Positions 27,837-37,559 of a stretch of DNA of 64,000 nt are shown in pieces. Position 1 is the stretch's first letter. Every line of letters starts with the position of its first letter. The notes beneath the pieces are model-generated. The model had not been told where the DNA came from, did no database searches, and saw nothing but the letters and a program-made list of their open reading frames with translations. The position numbers and the translations under genes were made by a program. The stretch covers positions 1,056,001 to 1,120,000 of the forward strand of contig OY760907.1 in assembly GCA_963664195.1 (NCBI GenBank), in the 5' to 3' direction. The stretch comes from an uncultured candidate division Zixibacteria bacterium (GTDB lineage Bacteria > Zixibacteria > MSB-5A5 > GN15 > FEB-12).

Positions 27837-29510
27837 TCAGTCGATTGACTTTCGTGGAGCTACCATAACCGATTTCTCCCTCTCCACGGTCACCAGCCCC
27901 GGTTTGGCTTTGCGCGGTTTCCGCACGTATTTGCGCTGGCAGTAGATCACCGGAACGAGGCTGTTGTGCCGTGCTTTGCTGTTGTAGGCGGCCAGGGAAG
28001 CTGCTTCCTCAATCTCCCGTTTGGTAGGTTCAAACGACTTGTTGGGGTATTTCATCACAACATGAGAGCCGGGGCATTGCTGCGCGTGAAACCAAAGCTC
28101 GTATGGCCGGGCGAATTCAAACGTTGTCCGGTCGTTGTCGGCACCGTCACGGCCTACAAACACAGTCAGACCGGTCGAGAGAGTCACCTCGCGATAAGGC
28201 AAGCGCGGTTGAACTTCCCGCTTATCCCCTACCTTTGGCATCAGCGAAGTGAGTTCGCTCTGGTGGCGTTGGGAGGCAGACTCAAAGTCGGTTTCCAGAT
28301 CAGCCTGCAAGGTCTGCAATTCCTCCAGTTCACCCTTTGAGATTTCCAAACGGCGTTCAAGCAATTCCAGCCCCTCGCGCCCCTTGCGGAAACGTTTGAA
28401 GTACGCCTCGATATTGTCGTTAGGACTTAGGGTAGGCTCCAGCTCGATCTCCACCGACTGCGATGGGTCCAACATCAAGTCCTCGACCACAACCGACTCC
28501 ATTCCCTTCTTGAGGCTCCCCCGATGAAGCTGCAGTAGCTCGGCATATCGTTTCTGGGACTCGTAGTCGGCCGCCCGCACCACATCTTCCTCTATCTTGC
28601 CCACACGTTTAGTCAATCGCTTGACGGCTTTTCCCACCGCTGTCAGGACTTTTTTCTCCTCGTCGGCTTCATCGATCCGGGTCTGCTTGCGCGAACACAT
28701 TGAGACCACTGCCAGGGACAACGACTTGAACTTCTCGGGCTGACTGTCTACGGAGGTGAGCTTAAACGGATACACCTCGGATACGCCTCTCAAACTGTAC
28801 AGATATCCAACGTCAGCGGAGGTAAACCGGTCTGCCAGGGAGTTGACCTCGTGAGCAAGCTTGTCGGCCTTTGACTGATCCAAATCGGCAGGGCGTGTCC
28901 CCTGAAGGCTGGCGCGATGTATGATCTCTCGCGCGATGGTCTCGTTGAATCCGGCAAAACCCTTTTTCAGCAAACCCAGCAGCGAGGACTCACCTGCCGA
29001 CTCGGCCAACTCGTCAATCTGGTCACCGGTGACCTCAAACGGGTCCAGCCTCTCCCCCGCCGGTGGAGGCGCGTACGGCTCGCCGGAATCGTACTGCTTG
29101 TTGCGAAGAGTGGCCTCGCGGTTACCTTCGGCGTCCAGGAGCCAGATGTTGCCGTTGGGACCCATCGCCTCGAAAACCATCCGCTTGTTTTGTCCGTCGA
29201 AAGTGATGTCCAGTTCGAAAATCCGGTCCAGACCGATCTGACGCACACCGGCGATCTTGCCCTCGGTCATGGCAAAAACCGGCCACGGTTTCTCAGGCGT
29301 GTCGATGTCGATCTTGGATGCCGGTACGCAGAAAGTCCCCCAGCCTGCCGGATGAAAAACAAACGCCATTGCCTTTACCCGTCGGTCCTTGCGTACAAAT
29401 AGATAGGCCGCCCGTTTTTTCTTGTAGAATTCGGTCGAGATGATTTCTCCGTCGACGAGGTCGTCTCGGAGTTCGTTGACCAGGGCGGTGATGTGCAGCG
29501 CGGTTTGCAT
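27837..29510 (-). CDS. rqcH: NFACT/FbpA family ribosome quality-control protein
   Basis: VRQIGLDRI, EAMGPNGNI, coiled coil, NFACT-R VGRD..DND..T..WFHAQQCPGSHVV, RKYVRKP..AKPGLV. Confidence 0.85.
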   Translation of the reverse strand: MQTALHITALVNELRDDLVDGEIISTEFYKKKRAAYLFVRKDRRVKAMAFVFHPAGWGTFCVPASKIDIDTPEKPWPVFAMTEGKIAGVRQIGLDRIFELDITFDGQNKRMVFEAMGPNGNIWLLDAEGNREATLRNKQYDSGEPYAPPPAGERLDPFEVTGDQIDELAESAGESSLLGLLKKGFAGFNETIAREIIHRASLQGTRPADLDQSKADKLAHEVNSLADRFTSADVGYLYSLRGVSEVYPFKLTSVDSQPEKFKSLSLAVVSMCSRKQTRIDEADEEKKVLTAVGKAVKRLTKRVGKIEEDVVRAADYESQKRYAELLQLHRGSLKKGMESVVVEDLMLDPSQSVEIELEPTLSPNDNIEAYFKRFRKGREGLELLERRLEISKGELEELQTLQADLETDFESASQRHQSELTSLMPKVGDKREVQPRLPYREVTLSTGLTVFVGRDGADNDRTTFEFARPYELWFHAQQCPGSHVVMKYPNKSFEPTKREIEEAASLAAYNSKARHNSLVPVIYCQRKYVRKPRKAKPGLVTVEREKSVMVAPRKSID

Positions 29511-29548
29511 GGGGCCGAATATAGAGACAGAACTGCGGCTCAACAATC

Positions 29549-29577
29549 TTGAAATGTCCCGCCGAGGGCAGTATTAT
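29549..29577 (+). promoter_or_regulatory. sigma70-like promoter of the TOBE gene
   Basis: TTGAAA-17 nt-TATTAT. Confidence 0.55.
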
Positions 29578-29633
29578 GCCGCGAGCAGAAGCAACATAGT
29601 CCTAAAAGCATTGTAACAAACAGGGAGAGAACC

Positions 29634-29843
29634 ATGAAATACGGTGCCCGCAACAAAGTGACCGCCAAAGTGTCCTCGATCAAGACCGGCGATATCATGT
29701 CGCTTGTGAAATTCGACGTCAACACGCCGGCGAAAATGGCCTCGGTGTTGACCTCGGAGTCCGTAGCGGAAATGGGATTGAAGGAGGGCGACGAGATCCA
29801 ACTTGTCATCAAGGCTATCCATGTCCTCCCGGTGAAGGATTAG
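29634..29843 (+). CDS. TOBE-domain molybdate/tungstate-binding protein (Mop/molbindin)
   Basis: MKYGARNKV...SVLTSESVAEMGLKEGD...IKAIHV. Confidence 0.9.
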   Translation: MKYGARNKVTAKVSSIKTGDIMSLVKFDVNTPAKMASVLTSESVAEMGLKEGDEIQLVIKAIHVLPVKD

Positions 29844-29906
29844 TCCGTCGGGCGTGGAACCCCGACGATCACGGGTCGTCTCCTGCCAAACGAGTAGAGC
29901 AGAGAG

Positions 29907-30640
29907 GTAGGTCGATACTCCTGCAGTTTCGACTTCACCTTTAGGGCAGAACCCGAATGGACCTACTCTCCCGTTGTCGAGTACTCTCGGAGCGGTTCTG
30001 CCATCGTCCGCCGGTGGCGGACCTCGCTTTCCGGCGGAACCGCTAAAGGGTTCCACCCTGCAAGACCCGACGGGTGGCCGGGTCAAACTCGTTTGGTCCG
30101 GATCATAATCCCTCCAAACAAGTTTTGAGGGGCCGCCCGAGCGATCTCTGTTCCGCCCTTGGAACCTGTCAGGATATGACGCCGAAGGGAACATACGGGA
30201 CAATTTCGGTGTTCAAATCTATGACAGCCTTATGGAGTAGGGCTAGCTGAATCTTTTCAGCCGCACCGCATCGCGAAGGCGGGGTAAGGATGCCTCGCCT
30301 TTGTTAATCGTGCCACATTCTGACAATTCGACTTCTATTCAGTTAGCCGCTAACTCATTGTTCTTCATTGTTGTACGTCAGCGCCCTGACAGCCGCTGAC
30401 GCATACAGAAGAAACCTGACAGACTATATGTTTGTTTGAGACGATAGACGTCCTCCAGAAAGAGCGCGTGCAAAACCTCTTCGCCAGGATGTCAATGGCG
30501 GGACCAAGCCCAGGTTCCGCCATTCTTTTTGTGCGGCACTAAAGACGGGGTGAGGGGATTGAGATATAGTGTTGTCGGGAGTTCATCCCACCCGACGCTT
30601 CGCCATGTATGGCTACGCTCTGGGCGGGCTACCGAAGATT
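29907..30640. repeat. Long intergenic region containing REP-like palindromes (families C, H, G-like, I)
   Basis: C 29907-29933, H 30072-30103 (inverted copy 33065-33096), I 30587-30640 (related to 43089-43127); many further hairpins. Confidence 0.7.
30494..30530 (+). terminator. Intrinsic terminator-like hairpin
   Basis: AATGGCGGGACC-AAGCCCA-GGTTCCGCCATT followed by CTTTTT. Confidence 0.6.
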
Positions 30641-30707
30641 CAGGGAAGGCTGTCGGGTTTGTCGTACGCCTGCGGCGCACTCGGAACACCGACGCACGAA
30701 GGCTGGC

Positions 30708-31085
30708 CTACTCTACCGCCGGGAAAGCATCGGGATAGTGTTCGAGTTCGCCCCGGTTGAACGTTACGACATCGAATCGCAGATCTGTCTTTTCGATCTT
30801 GTTGGCGATTAGATACTGCCGGGCGGCGTCACTGAGGTGCTTGATCTTTTTCTCGTCGATTCGTTCAACCGGATGACCGAACTTCTCAGAGTATGTGGAT
30901 TTCACTTCGACAAAAACAATCAGGCTGTCGCGCCTGACAATCAGGTCGATCTCCTTGTGACCCGACCGCCAGTTCCGTTCAATGACCTCAAATCCCTTCG
31001 CGACAAAAAAACGGGCGGCAAGTTCTTCGAACCTGCGGCCCTGATTGATTTTTCGTTTGTCACCGCGACCGTTAGAAGAGGGCAT
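30708..31085 (-). CDS. yraN: YraN family endonuclease-like protein
   Basis: GRRFEELAA, IERNWR..HKEIDLI, VFVEVK, RFDVV; ATG 31085 overlaps the rnhB end. Confidence 0.9.
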   Translation of the reverse strand: MPSSNGRGDKRKINQGRRFEELAARFFVAKGFEVIERNWRSGHKEIDLIVRRDSLIVFVEVKSTYSEKFGHPVERIDEKKIKHLSDAARQYLIANKIEKTDLRFDVVTFNRGELEHYPDAFPAVE

Positions 31086-31701
31086 ACTGATCGACCAGTT
31101 TGGCCACCGGCTTGAAACTCCGTCGATGAATCTCGCACGGTCCGTTCTCGTCCAGTTCGCGAAGATGCGCCGCGGTCGGATATCCTTTGTGCGTTCCGAA
31201 AGAGAAGCCCGGATACAGCGCCTCGTACTTTTCCATGATACGATCACGGGTGACTTTGGCCACGACCGAAGCCGCTCCTATCGAGGCACACTTGCTGTCA
31301 CCGCCAACAATGGTAAACTGCGGCTGGGACAGTCCCGGCACGGGTTGGTTGCCGTCAACCAGGATCACATCCGGCGAACGTTTGAGATCCATTACGGCTT
31401 TGCGCATGGCGGCCAGCGAAGCGCGGAGGATATTCATGCCGTCAATTGTTTCATGGTCGATAATCCCGACCGCACAGGGCAGGCCGAGTTCTATGATACG
31501 CTTGAAGACTTCTTCCCTCTTGCGCGGAGACAGCTTCTTTGAATCAGCCACGCCTTCGATGACAACATCCGGCGGCACAATCACCGCGGCTGCTACCACC
31601 GGTCCGGCCAACGGCCCGCGTCCGACCTCGTCGACACCGCACAGGGCATCGTACCCTTTTTCGTACATCAGCGATTCGATGTTCTCTAAGATACCGTCCA
31701 T
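31072..31701 (-). CDS. rnhB: Ribonuclease HII
   Basis: GVDEVGRGPLAGPVVAAAV, DSKKLS, AASVVAKVTRD, HKGYPT, HRRSF. Confidence 0.96.
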   Translation of the reverse strand: MDGILENIESLMYEKGYDALCGVDEVGRGPLAGPVVAAAVIVPPDVVIEGVADSKKLSPRKREEVFKRIIELGLPCAVGIIDHETIDGMNILRASLAAMRKAVMDLKRSPDVILVDGNQPVPGLSQPQFTIVGGDSKCASIGAASVVAKVTRDRIMEKYEALYPGFSFGTHKGYPTAAHLRELDENGPCEIHRRSFKPVAKLVDQYALF

Positions 31702-31870
31702 ATTCTCTCCGGCGAATTCGTAAGGCAATGTCAACCTCCCCAGAAATAGTGGGTCCGAAAGGGAATTTCAACAACAAAACCCCTTCAATGAAGGTATCGA
31801 CGCAGTAAACCCTTTTATTAGACATCACAGCCGATTATCTTCGGGGCAACAAACAAAAGCAAAGGTATCT

Positions 31871-32452
31871 GTGTCACAACGCGCCAAAAAGAAGTTTGAG
31901 TTTCGAGTGATTGCCGGGGAGCTGAAAGGTCGAAAGATCACGGCCCCTGATCTGGGCGTCACGCGCCCTCCTCTGACTCGGCTACGCAAGTCGATTTTCG
32001 ACTTCCTCCGGCCGTATCTTGAGGATGCAACCTATCTCGATCTGTTCAGCGGTACCGGGTCGTATCTTTTTGAGGCAGTCTCACGCGGGGCAGCAAAAGC
32101 GGTTGGTGTAGAGATGGAAACGCAACTGGCCGATTCGATCAATCAGCAAGCATTCGAGATGCAGGTGAACAATCGTCTCCGATGCGTGTGCGGGGATGTA
32201 TTGACGGTCATCCCGCAATTGTCAGTACAGAATGAGCGATTTGATCTTATCATGATGGCTCCGCCCCAATACCGTGGGATCATCGACACAACGTTGAAAT
32301 CGCTGGCAGAGCATTCGCTGCTGGCCCCCGACGGACTGCTTCTTTGTCAGCACGATACTTCGGAGACGGCGCGCACAGATTTCTCCTCGCATGAGATCGT
32401 GCAGCAACGTAAGTACGGTAACACAACGTTCACGATATTGAAGGATAAGTGA
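31871..32452 (+). CDS. rsmD: RsmD-family 16S rRNA (guanine(966)-N2)-methyltransferase
   Basis: RVIAGELKGR, TRP....RKSIFD, LDLFSGTGS..FEAVSRGA, APPQY variant, RKYGNT. Confidence 0.8.
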   Translation: MSQRAKKKFEFRVIAGELKGRKITAPDLGVTRPPLTRLRKSIFDFLRPYLEDATYLDLFSGTGSYLFEAVSRGAAKAVGVEMETQLADSINQQAFEMQVNNRLRCVCGDVLTVIPQLSVQNERFDLIMMAPPQYRGIIDTTLKSLAEHSLLAPDGLLLCQHDTSETARTDFSSHEIVQQRKYGNTTFTILKDK

Positions 32453-32522
32453 GCGATCACGACCTACGTGCTGACAGACGTCCCTGTCTGACGGCACATG
32501 TACCGAAAGCAAACCAGGAGAC

Positions 32523-33107
32523 ATGATGCCCAAGAATTCCAGCACGCTCACGAAATACGGATTTACGCGAGCGGGTCGATGGACGTTGACCCCCATTTCA
32601 AAAACAGGAGTGGACTATCAATTGATGACCCTGCAAAAAGAGCGTGTAATCTACTGCTTCACGGTCGATTCGAGTGTGATGTATGTCGGCTGCTGCGCCT
32701 CAATGGTCACGGCTCTGAAAGATCGTATGCGACGGTACAAAGCCGGACAGGGATCGGGGTCGAATGTTCGCGTGGCGAATGCCATTCTGAAGAGTCTTCA
32801 GTCCGGAAAAGAAGTCGACATCTATGCCTGGAGGCCTCCGCTTCCGGAACAGCACAAAGGTCTGCAGTGCGATCCTGTGGTTGGATACGAGAGGGCATTG
32901 ATCAAGGCCCTCTCGCCGGAGTGGAACCAGGCGAGGGAGTCTCCTGTAGGCCGGTGTTCCGAGGTCCGCATACCATGCGGATCGAGAAACCCGACATCTT
33001 CCGTCTCACTTGTGGGCGGCAGACGCCCTCGTCTGCCCCAAGTAGGGAGTCTCATCAGTAATTCATCCGGTCCAAACAAGTTTGAACCGGCCACCCGACC
33101 TCGATAG
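32523..33107 (+). CDS. GIY-YIG nuclease-like protein with repeat-derived C-terminal extension
   Basis: VIYCF...MYVG...LKDRMRRY and YERALIK..SPEWN motifs; CAGGAG RBS; last ~55 codons run through REP-like repeats. Confidence 0.65.
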   Translation: MMPKNSSTLTKYGFTRAGRWTLTPISKTGVDYQLMTLQKERVIYCFTVDSSVMYVGCCASMVTALKDRMRRYKAGQGSGSNVRVANAILKSLQSGKEVDIYAWRPPLPEQHKGLQCDPVVGYERALIKALSPEWNQARESPVGRCSEVRIPCGSRNPTSSVSLVGGRRPRLPQVGSLISNSSGPNKFEPATRPR

Positions 33108-33377
33108 TCGTAGGTCGAAACTCCTGTAGTTTCGACTTCATGAAAAAACCGATTTGTGGGCATGAGACGTGTCGCCTGCCCAGCCTCACGTACGACCGTT
33201 CTTCGGTACCCCACCTAGAGTGGAACCACTCGTGGCGTTGTGTTGGGCGGGAGCAAGACACCCTCAAACTCCGCAGAGCAATTTTCGCACGAAAGCATTC
33301 CAGATCGTTTGAGGGTGGCACGCGATATATGAGAATACGGTGTTTCAACGGGCACACGGGGGCGTGTGCCGCGCACG
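32945..33377. repeat. Mosaic array of REP-like palindromes (families D, B, H, C, G, A)
   Basis: D 32945-33000, B 33011-33040, H 33065-33096, C 33110-33136, G 33254-33321, A 33342-33377. Confidence 0.85.
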
Positions 33378-33387
33378 AAACTCGCAC

Positions 33388-33419
33388 AAAAAAAGACGCC
33401 CCGTTCAGGGCGCCTTTTC
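33388..33419 (-). terminator. Intrinsic terminator after rplS
   Basis: Hairpin GGCGCCCT..GGGCGTC followed by T7 on the minus strand. Confidence 0.75.
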
Positions 33420-33451
33420 TATTCGAGATATCGTAACCGTCGTAAGACGAA

Positions 33452-34117
33452 TTACTCAGTCTTTTCGTCTGGATTGTCGTCGGTCTTCTCTTCAGCAGGA
33501 GCTTCGGCAGCAGCTTTGGCTTCTTCCTCGGCTTTGGCTTTAGCTTCAACCTCAGCGGCTGCTTTGGCTTCGGCTTCTTCCTTCGCTTTAGCTTCTGCTG
33601 CGGCCTTGGCGGCAGTTTCGGCTTCGGCTTTCGCCTTGGCTTCGGCATCGGCCACAGCCTTGGCTTCAGCTTCAGCTTTTGCCTTTGCTTCGGCTTCAGC
33701 GGCAGCTTTCGCTTCGGCAATGACCTTCAATCGGGCTTCTTCTTTGGCCTTGGCCTTCATACCCTTGACACTTGACGGCAGTTCCTCTTTGATACGAGCA
33801 GACTTACCGGTCAGTTTACGCAGGTAATATAGCTTGCTGCGACGCACCTGGCCGATACGCAGGCGCTCTATCTTGGCCACATTGGGCGAGTTCAACGGGA
33901 AGATTCTTTCCACACCGATACCGTTGGATACTTTGCGAACGGTGAATGTCGCTGCCGTACCGCCACCACGGCGACCGATAACCGTACCCTGGAACATTTG
34001 GATACGCTCTTTGTCGCCTTCCTTAATCCGGACGTGAACGCGAATGGTATCGCCGGATTTGAAATCGGGATGGTCGTCCCGGAGATAGGTCTTTTCTATC
34101 TGTGAGATCTGTCTCAT
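33452..34117 (-). CDS. rplS: 50S ribosomal protein L19 with long Ala/Glu/Lys-rich C-terminal extension
   Basis: [37 protein letters not shown]; ~100-aa AEAKAKA repeat tail. Confidence 0.96.
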   Translation of the reverse strand: MRQISQIEKTYLRDDHPDFKSGDTIRVHVRIKEGDKERIQMFQGTVIGRRGGGTAATFTVRKVSNGIGVERIFPLNSPNVAKIERLRIGQVRRSKLYYLRKLTGKSARIKEELPSSVKGMKAKAKEEARLKVIAEAKAAAEAEAKAKAEAEAKAVADAEAKAKAEAETAAKAAAEAKAKEEAEAKAAAEVEAKAKAEEEAKAAAEAPAEEKTDDNPDEKTE

Positions 34118-34135
34118 ACCGTTTTCCTTTCTCTA

Positions 34136-34891
34136 TCAATCAATATGCTTGTTGTCATCAATCAGTTTCCGCTCCTCGGCGGTCAGCTCGGCTTCCTCTA
34201 TAAGGTCCGGCCGATTTATCAAACACTTCTTCAGCGCTTCAGCCTGGCGAAACTTCCGTATCAGGGCATGATCGCCCGATAGCAGTTCCTCCGGTATCGC
34301 CAGTCCCTCATACTCCGCAGGACGCGTGTACACCGGAGTGCCGATACGATGATTCATATGTGAATCCTCCAAAGCGGATTCAAAATTCCCCAGGACTCCC
34401 GGTATCAACCGGGCAATCGAGTCAAGAATGACTGCGGCCGCCGGTTCGCCGCCGGAGAGGACGTAATCCCCGATAGAGATTTCGTCGATGTCGTACAACC
34501 GCAGGATGCGTTCATCGATGCCAAGGTAGTGGCCGCAGATAATCGTGATTCGGTCACACAGCGAATACTTGATCGCCTTCTGCTGGCCAAACGATTTACC
34601 GGCCGCCGAGGTCAACAGGATTCGCTGTTTGGCATCCGGTGCGCCTTCGTCGTCCCTGTGGACGTATCCAAGAGACTGCAAACACCGATCCAGCGGTTCC
34701 ACCTTCATCACCATGCCGCCCCCACCACCAAACGGCGTTTCATCAACCGTGTGGTGCTTGTCGGTGGTAAAGTCCCGAGGGTTTATTATGTCGATGTCAA
34801 AGAGCTTCTTCTCCCGGGCCTTGCCTATCAGTGACTGTTCCAGCGAGAGGCTGAAGTAGTCCGGGAAGAGCGTTAGTATCTCAAACTTCAT
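34136..34891 (-). CDS. trmD: tRNA (guanine(37)-N1)-methyltransferase
   Basis: LTLFP, PFGGGGGMVM, CGHYLGIDER, SIGDYVLSGGE, YTRP. Confidence 0.96.
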   Translation of the reverse strand: MKFEILTLFPDYFSLSLEQSLIGKAREKKLFDIDIINPRDFTTDKHHTVDETPFGGGGGMVMKVEPLDRCLQSLGYVHRDDEGAPDAKQRILLTSAAGKSFGQQKAIKYSLCDRITIICGHYLGIDERILRLYDIDEISIGDYVLSGGEPAAAVILDSIARLIPGVLGNFESALEDSHMNHRIGTPVYTRPAEYEGLAIPEELLSGDHALIRKFRQAEALKKCLINRPDLIEEAELTAEERKLIDDNKHID

Positions 34892-35430
34892 TTGCCGTTC
34901 TTGTTCTCGGCCCCACCCAGCAGGCCGGCCGATCTCACAACAATCTTCTTTCCTTCGGCGTCGATCTCTTTCACGTACTCGGCAACCGCCGGAAAAAGCA
35001 CTTCTGTGCCTCCGGTCAACTTGATAACATAGGCATCATTAGCCGGGTAGCGAAGCACATCGGTCAGTTCACCGACCTCTTCGCCGGTCTCCTCTTCGAA
35101 GACCCGGCAGCCTATCAGCTCGAAGATGTAATGTTCATCCTCGGGCAGTTTTACCAGTTGGTCTCTGGGTACTGCCAGCATTCGGTTCGTGAGCCGTACT
35201 GCCTGTTCCTTGGTGTTGACCCCGGCGAATTTCAGCACCGGACGGTCAGAGACCAGTTCCGAAGACTTTATCTTCAACCGTTCCCATTGGCCACGGTTGT
35301 CAAGATAGATTTCTTTCAGTTCCAGGAACCTGTCGGGGAAATCCGTCATAGGTGTGACCCAAATCTCACCCTTGACGCCCCGATGGCGGCCCAGCTTGCC
35401 GACAACAATAAATCGTTGAGAATCGTTCAA
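34888..35430 (-). CDS. rimM: Ribosome maturation factor RimM
   Basis: VGKLGRHRGVKGE..V.PMTDFPDRF, YIFELIG, PAND.Y; canonical operon position. Confidence 0.93.
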   Translation of the reverse strand: MNDSQRFIVVGKLGRHRGVKGEIWVTPMTDFPDRFLELKEIYLDNRGQWERLKIKSSELVSDRPVLKFAGVNTKEQAVRLTNRMLAVPRDQLVKLPEDEHYIFELIGCRVFEEETGEEVGELTDVLRYPANDAYVIKLTGGTEVLFPAVAEYVKEIDAEGKKIVVRSAGLLGGAENKNGK

Positions 35431-35661
35431 TTATTCCAGTATTTCCAGAACGGCTCGCTTGCCCTTTCGTGCCGCTGCTGCCGCCAGCAGGGTTCGAATT
35501 GATTTTGCGGTCTGACCACTCTTGCCGATCACCTTGCCGAGGTCCCCCTGTCCCACGCGAAGTTCGTACACCGTTGTCCGGGTACCCTCAACTTCATCGA
35601 CCTCAACTTCGTCCGGTTTATCTACTAAAGCCCTGACAATGTTTAGGATGAATTCCTTCAT
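35431..35661 (-). CDS. khpA: KH-domain RNA-binding protein
   Basis: LVDKPDEV, DLGKVIGKSGQTAKSIRTLL; between rpsP and rimM. Confidence 0.93.
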   Translation of the reverse strand: MKEFILNIVRALVDKPDEVEVDEVEGTRTTVYELRVGQGDLGKVIGKSGQTAKSIRTLLAAAAARKGKRAVLEILE

Positions 35662-35768
35662 AATAGCCCCCTTCCATAGTCGGTAGCGTTAGCGTATGTA
35701 GATATCAGTTATTGTCTCTGTATTCCGGGTCAGAAATTCCGCTCATCGATTCAGCGAGCAACCGTTTC

Positions 35769-36212
35769 CTATTCCGATTTCTCTTCCGACGCCTCCTCCG
35801 ACGCAGCCTTTTCAGCCGCAGCTTTCTTCTCGGCTTCGGCCTTTTCAGCCTCTGCGACAGCGTTGAGGGCCGCTTTCTTCATCTTGCGGGTTTTCTTCTT
35901 CCGCTCGGCAATGGTCTTCTTCAACTCTACTTCTGATACGTCACCACCGGATTTGGCTTTGTGATATTTTTCGGTAAAGCCAATCTGAGTAAGCAAAGAA
36001 GCAACCGTGTCACTCGGAACACCACCCTGGTCGAACCAGTAAGTCAGGCGTTCTTCTTTAACGGTAACCGACGCCGGTTTTTCAATCGGATTGTAAGTAC
36101 CCAGCACTTCCAGGAATCGTCCGTCACGAGCACGACGAGAATCCGCGGCTACGATCCGGTAAAACGGACGCTTCTTTGCGCCCATTCGACGAAGTCTAAT
36201 GTGTACTGCCAA
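35769..36212 (-). CDS. rpsP: 30S ribosomal protein S16 (C-terminally extended)
   Basis: IRLRRMGAKKRPFYRIVAADSR..RDGRFLE.LGTYNP. Confidence 0.97.
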   Translation of the reverse strand: MAVHIRLRRMGAKKRPFYRIVAADSRRARDGRFLEVLGTYNPIEKPASVTVKEERLTYWFDQGGVPSDTVASLLTQIGFTEKYHKAKSGGDVSEVELKKTIAERKKKTRKMKKAALNAVAEAEKAEAEKKAAAEKAASEEASEEKSE

Positions 36213-36236
36213 TAGTAACCTCCACTTTCATCATAT

Positions 36237-37559
36237 CTAGAACTGTAAGAATTCTTTCGGTACGCCTTTGAGCTTCTTCTTCCCGAGACTGCCGAACATC
36301 TTCTGCATCTGGAAGAACTGTTTCAGCAACTGGTTGACGGTCTGGACGGTGTTACCCGACCCGGCCGCAATGCGTTTCTTGCGGGAACCGTCGATAATTT
36401 TCGGGTTGCGTCGCTCCTGTATCGTCATGGACTTAATAATAGCTGCCGTTTTTTCAATCGCCCGCTCGTCGAACTTGATCCCCTTGAGCTGTTTGCCCAT
36501 GCCCGGAATCATCCCCATCACGGACTCCAGCGGTCCCATCTTCTTCAGCTGGTTCATCTGTTCGAGGAAATCCTCAAAATCAAACTGGGCCTTCAGGATC
36601 TTCTTCTGGAGTTCCTCTGCCTTCTCGGTGTCGACAGTCTCCTGCGCCTTCTCGACAAGAGTAACAATGTCCCCCATACCGAGAATACGAGAAGCCAGAC
36701 GGTCCGGATGGAACGGCTCAAGATCGGAGAGTTTTTCACCCACCGAAGCGAGCTTGATCGGGCATCCTGTTACCTCGCGGATTGACAGGGCGGCGCCTCC
36801 GCGTGCATCACCGTCGAGCTTGGAAAGCGTCACGCCGGTGATATCGAGCCTGTTGTGGAACTGCTCTGCAACGTTGACCGCGTCCTGACCGGTCATGCTG
36901 TCTGCGACGAGCAGAATCTCATCCGGCTTGACCGACTGCTTGATCTCCTCAAGCTCGCTCATAAGTTCGTCATCGACATGCAGTCGACCGGCCGTATCGA
37001 GTATGACCAGATCAATGAAGTTCTTTTCAGCGTACTTGACGGCCTCACGGCAGATCACCTGCGGGGTGGCTTTCTCGATATGGAAATGCTCCACCTGGAT
37101 TGAATCCGCAAGCACCTTGAGTTGTTTGACCGCTGCCGGACGATAAATATCGGCCGCAACGACCAGCGGCTTCTTGTTTTTCCGCTTGGCCATCAACGCA
37201 ATCTTGCCGGTCAGGGTCGTTTTGCCGGAGCCCTGCAAACCACAGATCATGTAGACGGTGGGAGCTTTATCGATGGGAGCGAGAGTGGCGGTTGTGCCGC
37301 CTAAGAGTTCGACAAGTTCGTCATGAACGATCTTGACAATATGCTGGCCGGGATCAATTGACTTGAGAACTTCAGTGCCGATTGCCTTTTCTTCAACTGA
37401 TTTGACAAACCGACGCGCAACTTTGAAGTTGACATCCGCCTCAAGGAGCGCCTGGCGGACTTCCCGCATGGACTCCTTGATATTCTTTTCGGTTATCTTG
37501 CCTAAACCGCGTATCTTCTTGAACGCGAGGTCAAGCTTATCAGTCAAATTTGAAAACAT
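36237..37559 (-). CDS. ffh: Signal recognition particle protein
   Basis: ALLEADVN, GLQGSGKTT, DTAGRL, KLDGDARGG, RILGMGD; M domain. Confidence 0.97.
   Translation of the reverse strand: MFSNLTDKLDLAFKKIRGLGKITEKNIKESMREVRQALLEADVNFKVARRFVKSVEEKAIGTEVLKSIDPGQHIVKIVHDELVELLGGTTATLAPIDKAPTVYMICGLQGSGKTTLTGKIALMAKRKNKKPLVVAADIYRPAAVKQLKVLADSIQVEHFHIEKATPQVICREAVKYAEKNFIDLVILDTAGRLHVDDELMSELEEIKQSVKPDEILLVADSMTGQDAVNVAEQFHNRLDITGVTLSKLDGDARGGAALSIREVTGCPIKLASVGEKLSDLEPFHPDRLASRILGMGDIVTLVEKAQETVDTEKAEELQKKILKAQFDFEDFLEQMNQLKKMGPLESVMGMIPGMGKQLKGIKFDERAIEKTAAIIKSMTIQERRNPKIIDGSRKKRIAAGSGNTVQTVNQLLKQFFQMQKMFGSLGKKKLKGVPKEFLQF

Noticed and set aside
29578..29633. Moco riboswitch or ModE box before the TOBE gene
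   Set aside because: The leader is only about 55 nt and I could not see the characteristic motifs.
29574..30203. 209-aa minus-strand ORF and other ORFs across the repeat regions (23246-23731, 32822-33214, 42866-43346, 61865-62226)
   Set aside because: They translate palindromic repeats or overlap real genes and have no protein-like features.
32945..33377. CRISPR array in the repeat-rich intergenic regions
   Set aside because: The units belong to different families, are not identical direct repeats with regular spacers, and no cas genes are nearby.
33055..33827. Lys/Pro-rich and Ala/Ser-rich ORFs
   Set aside because: Alternative-frame and antisense readings of the rplS repeat tail.
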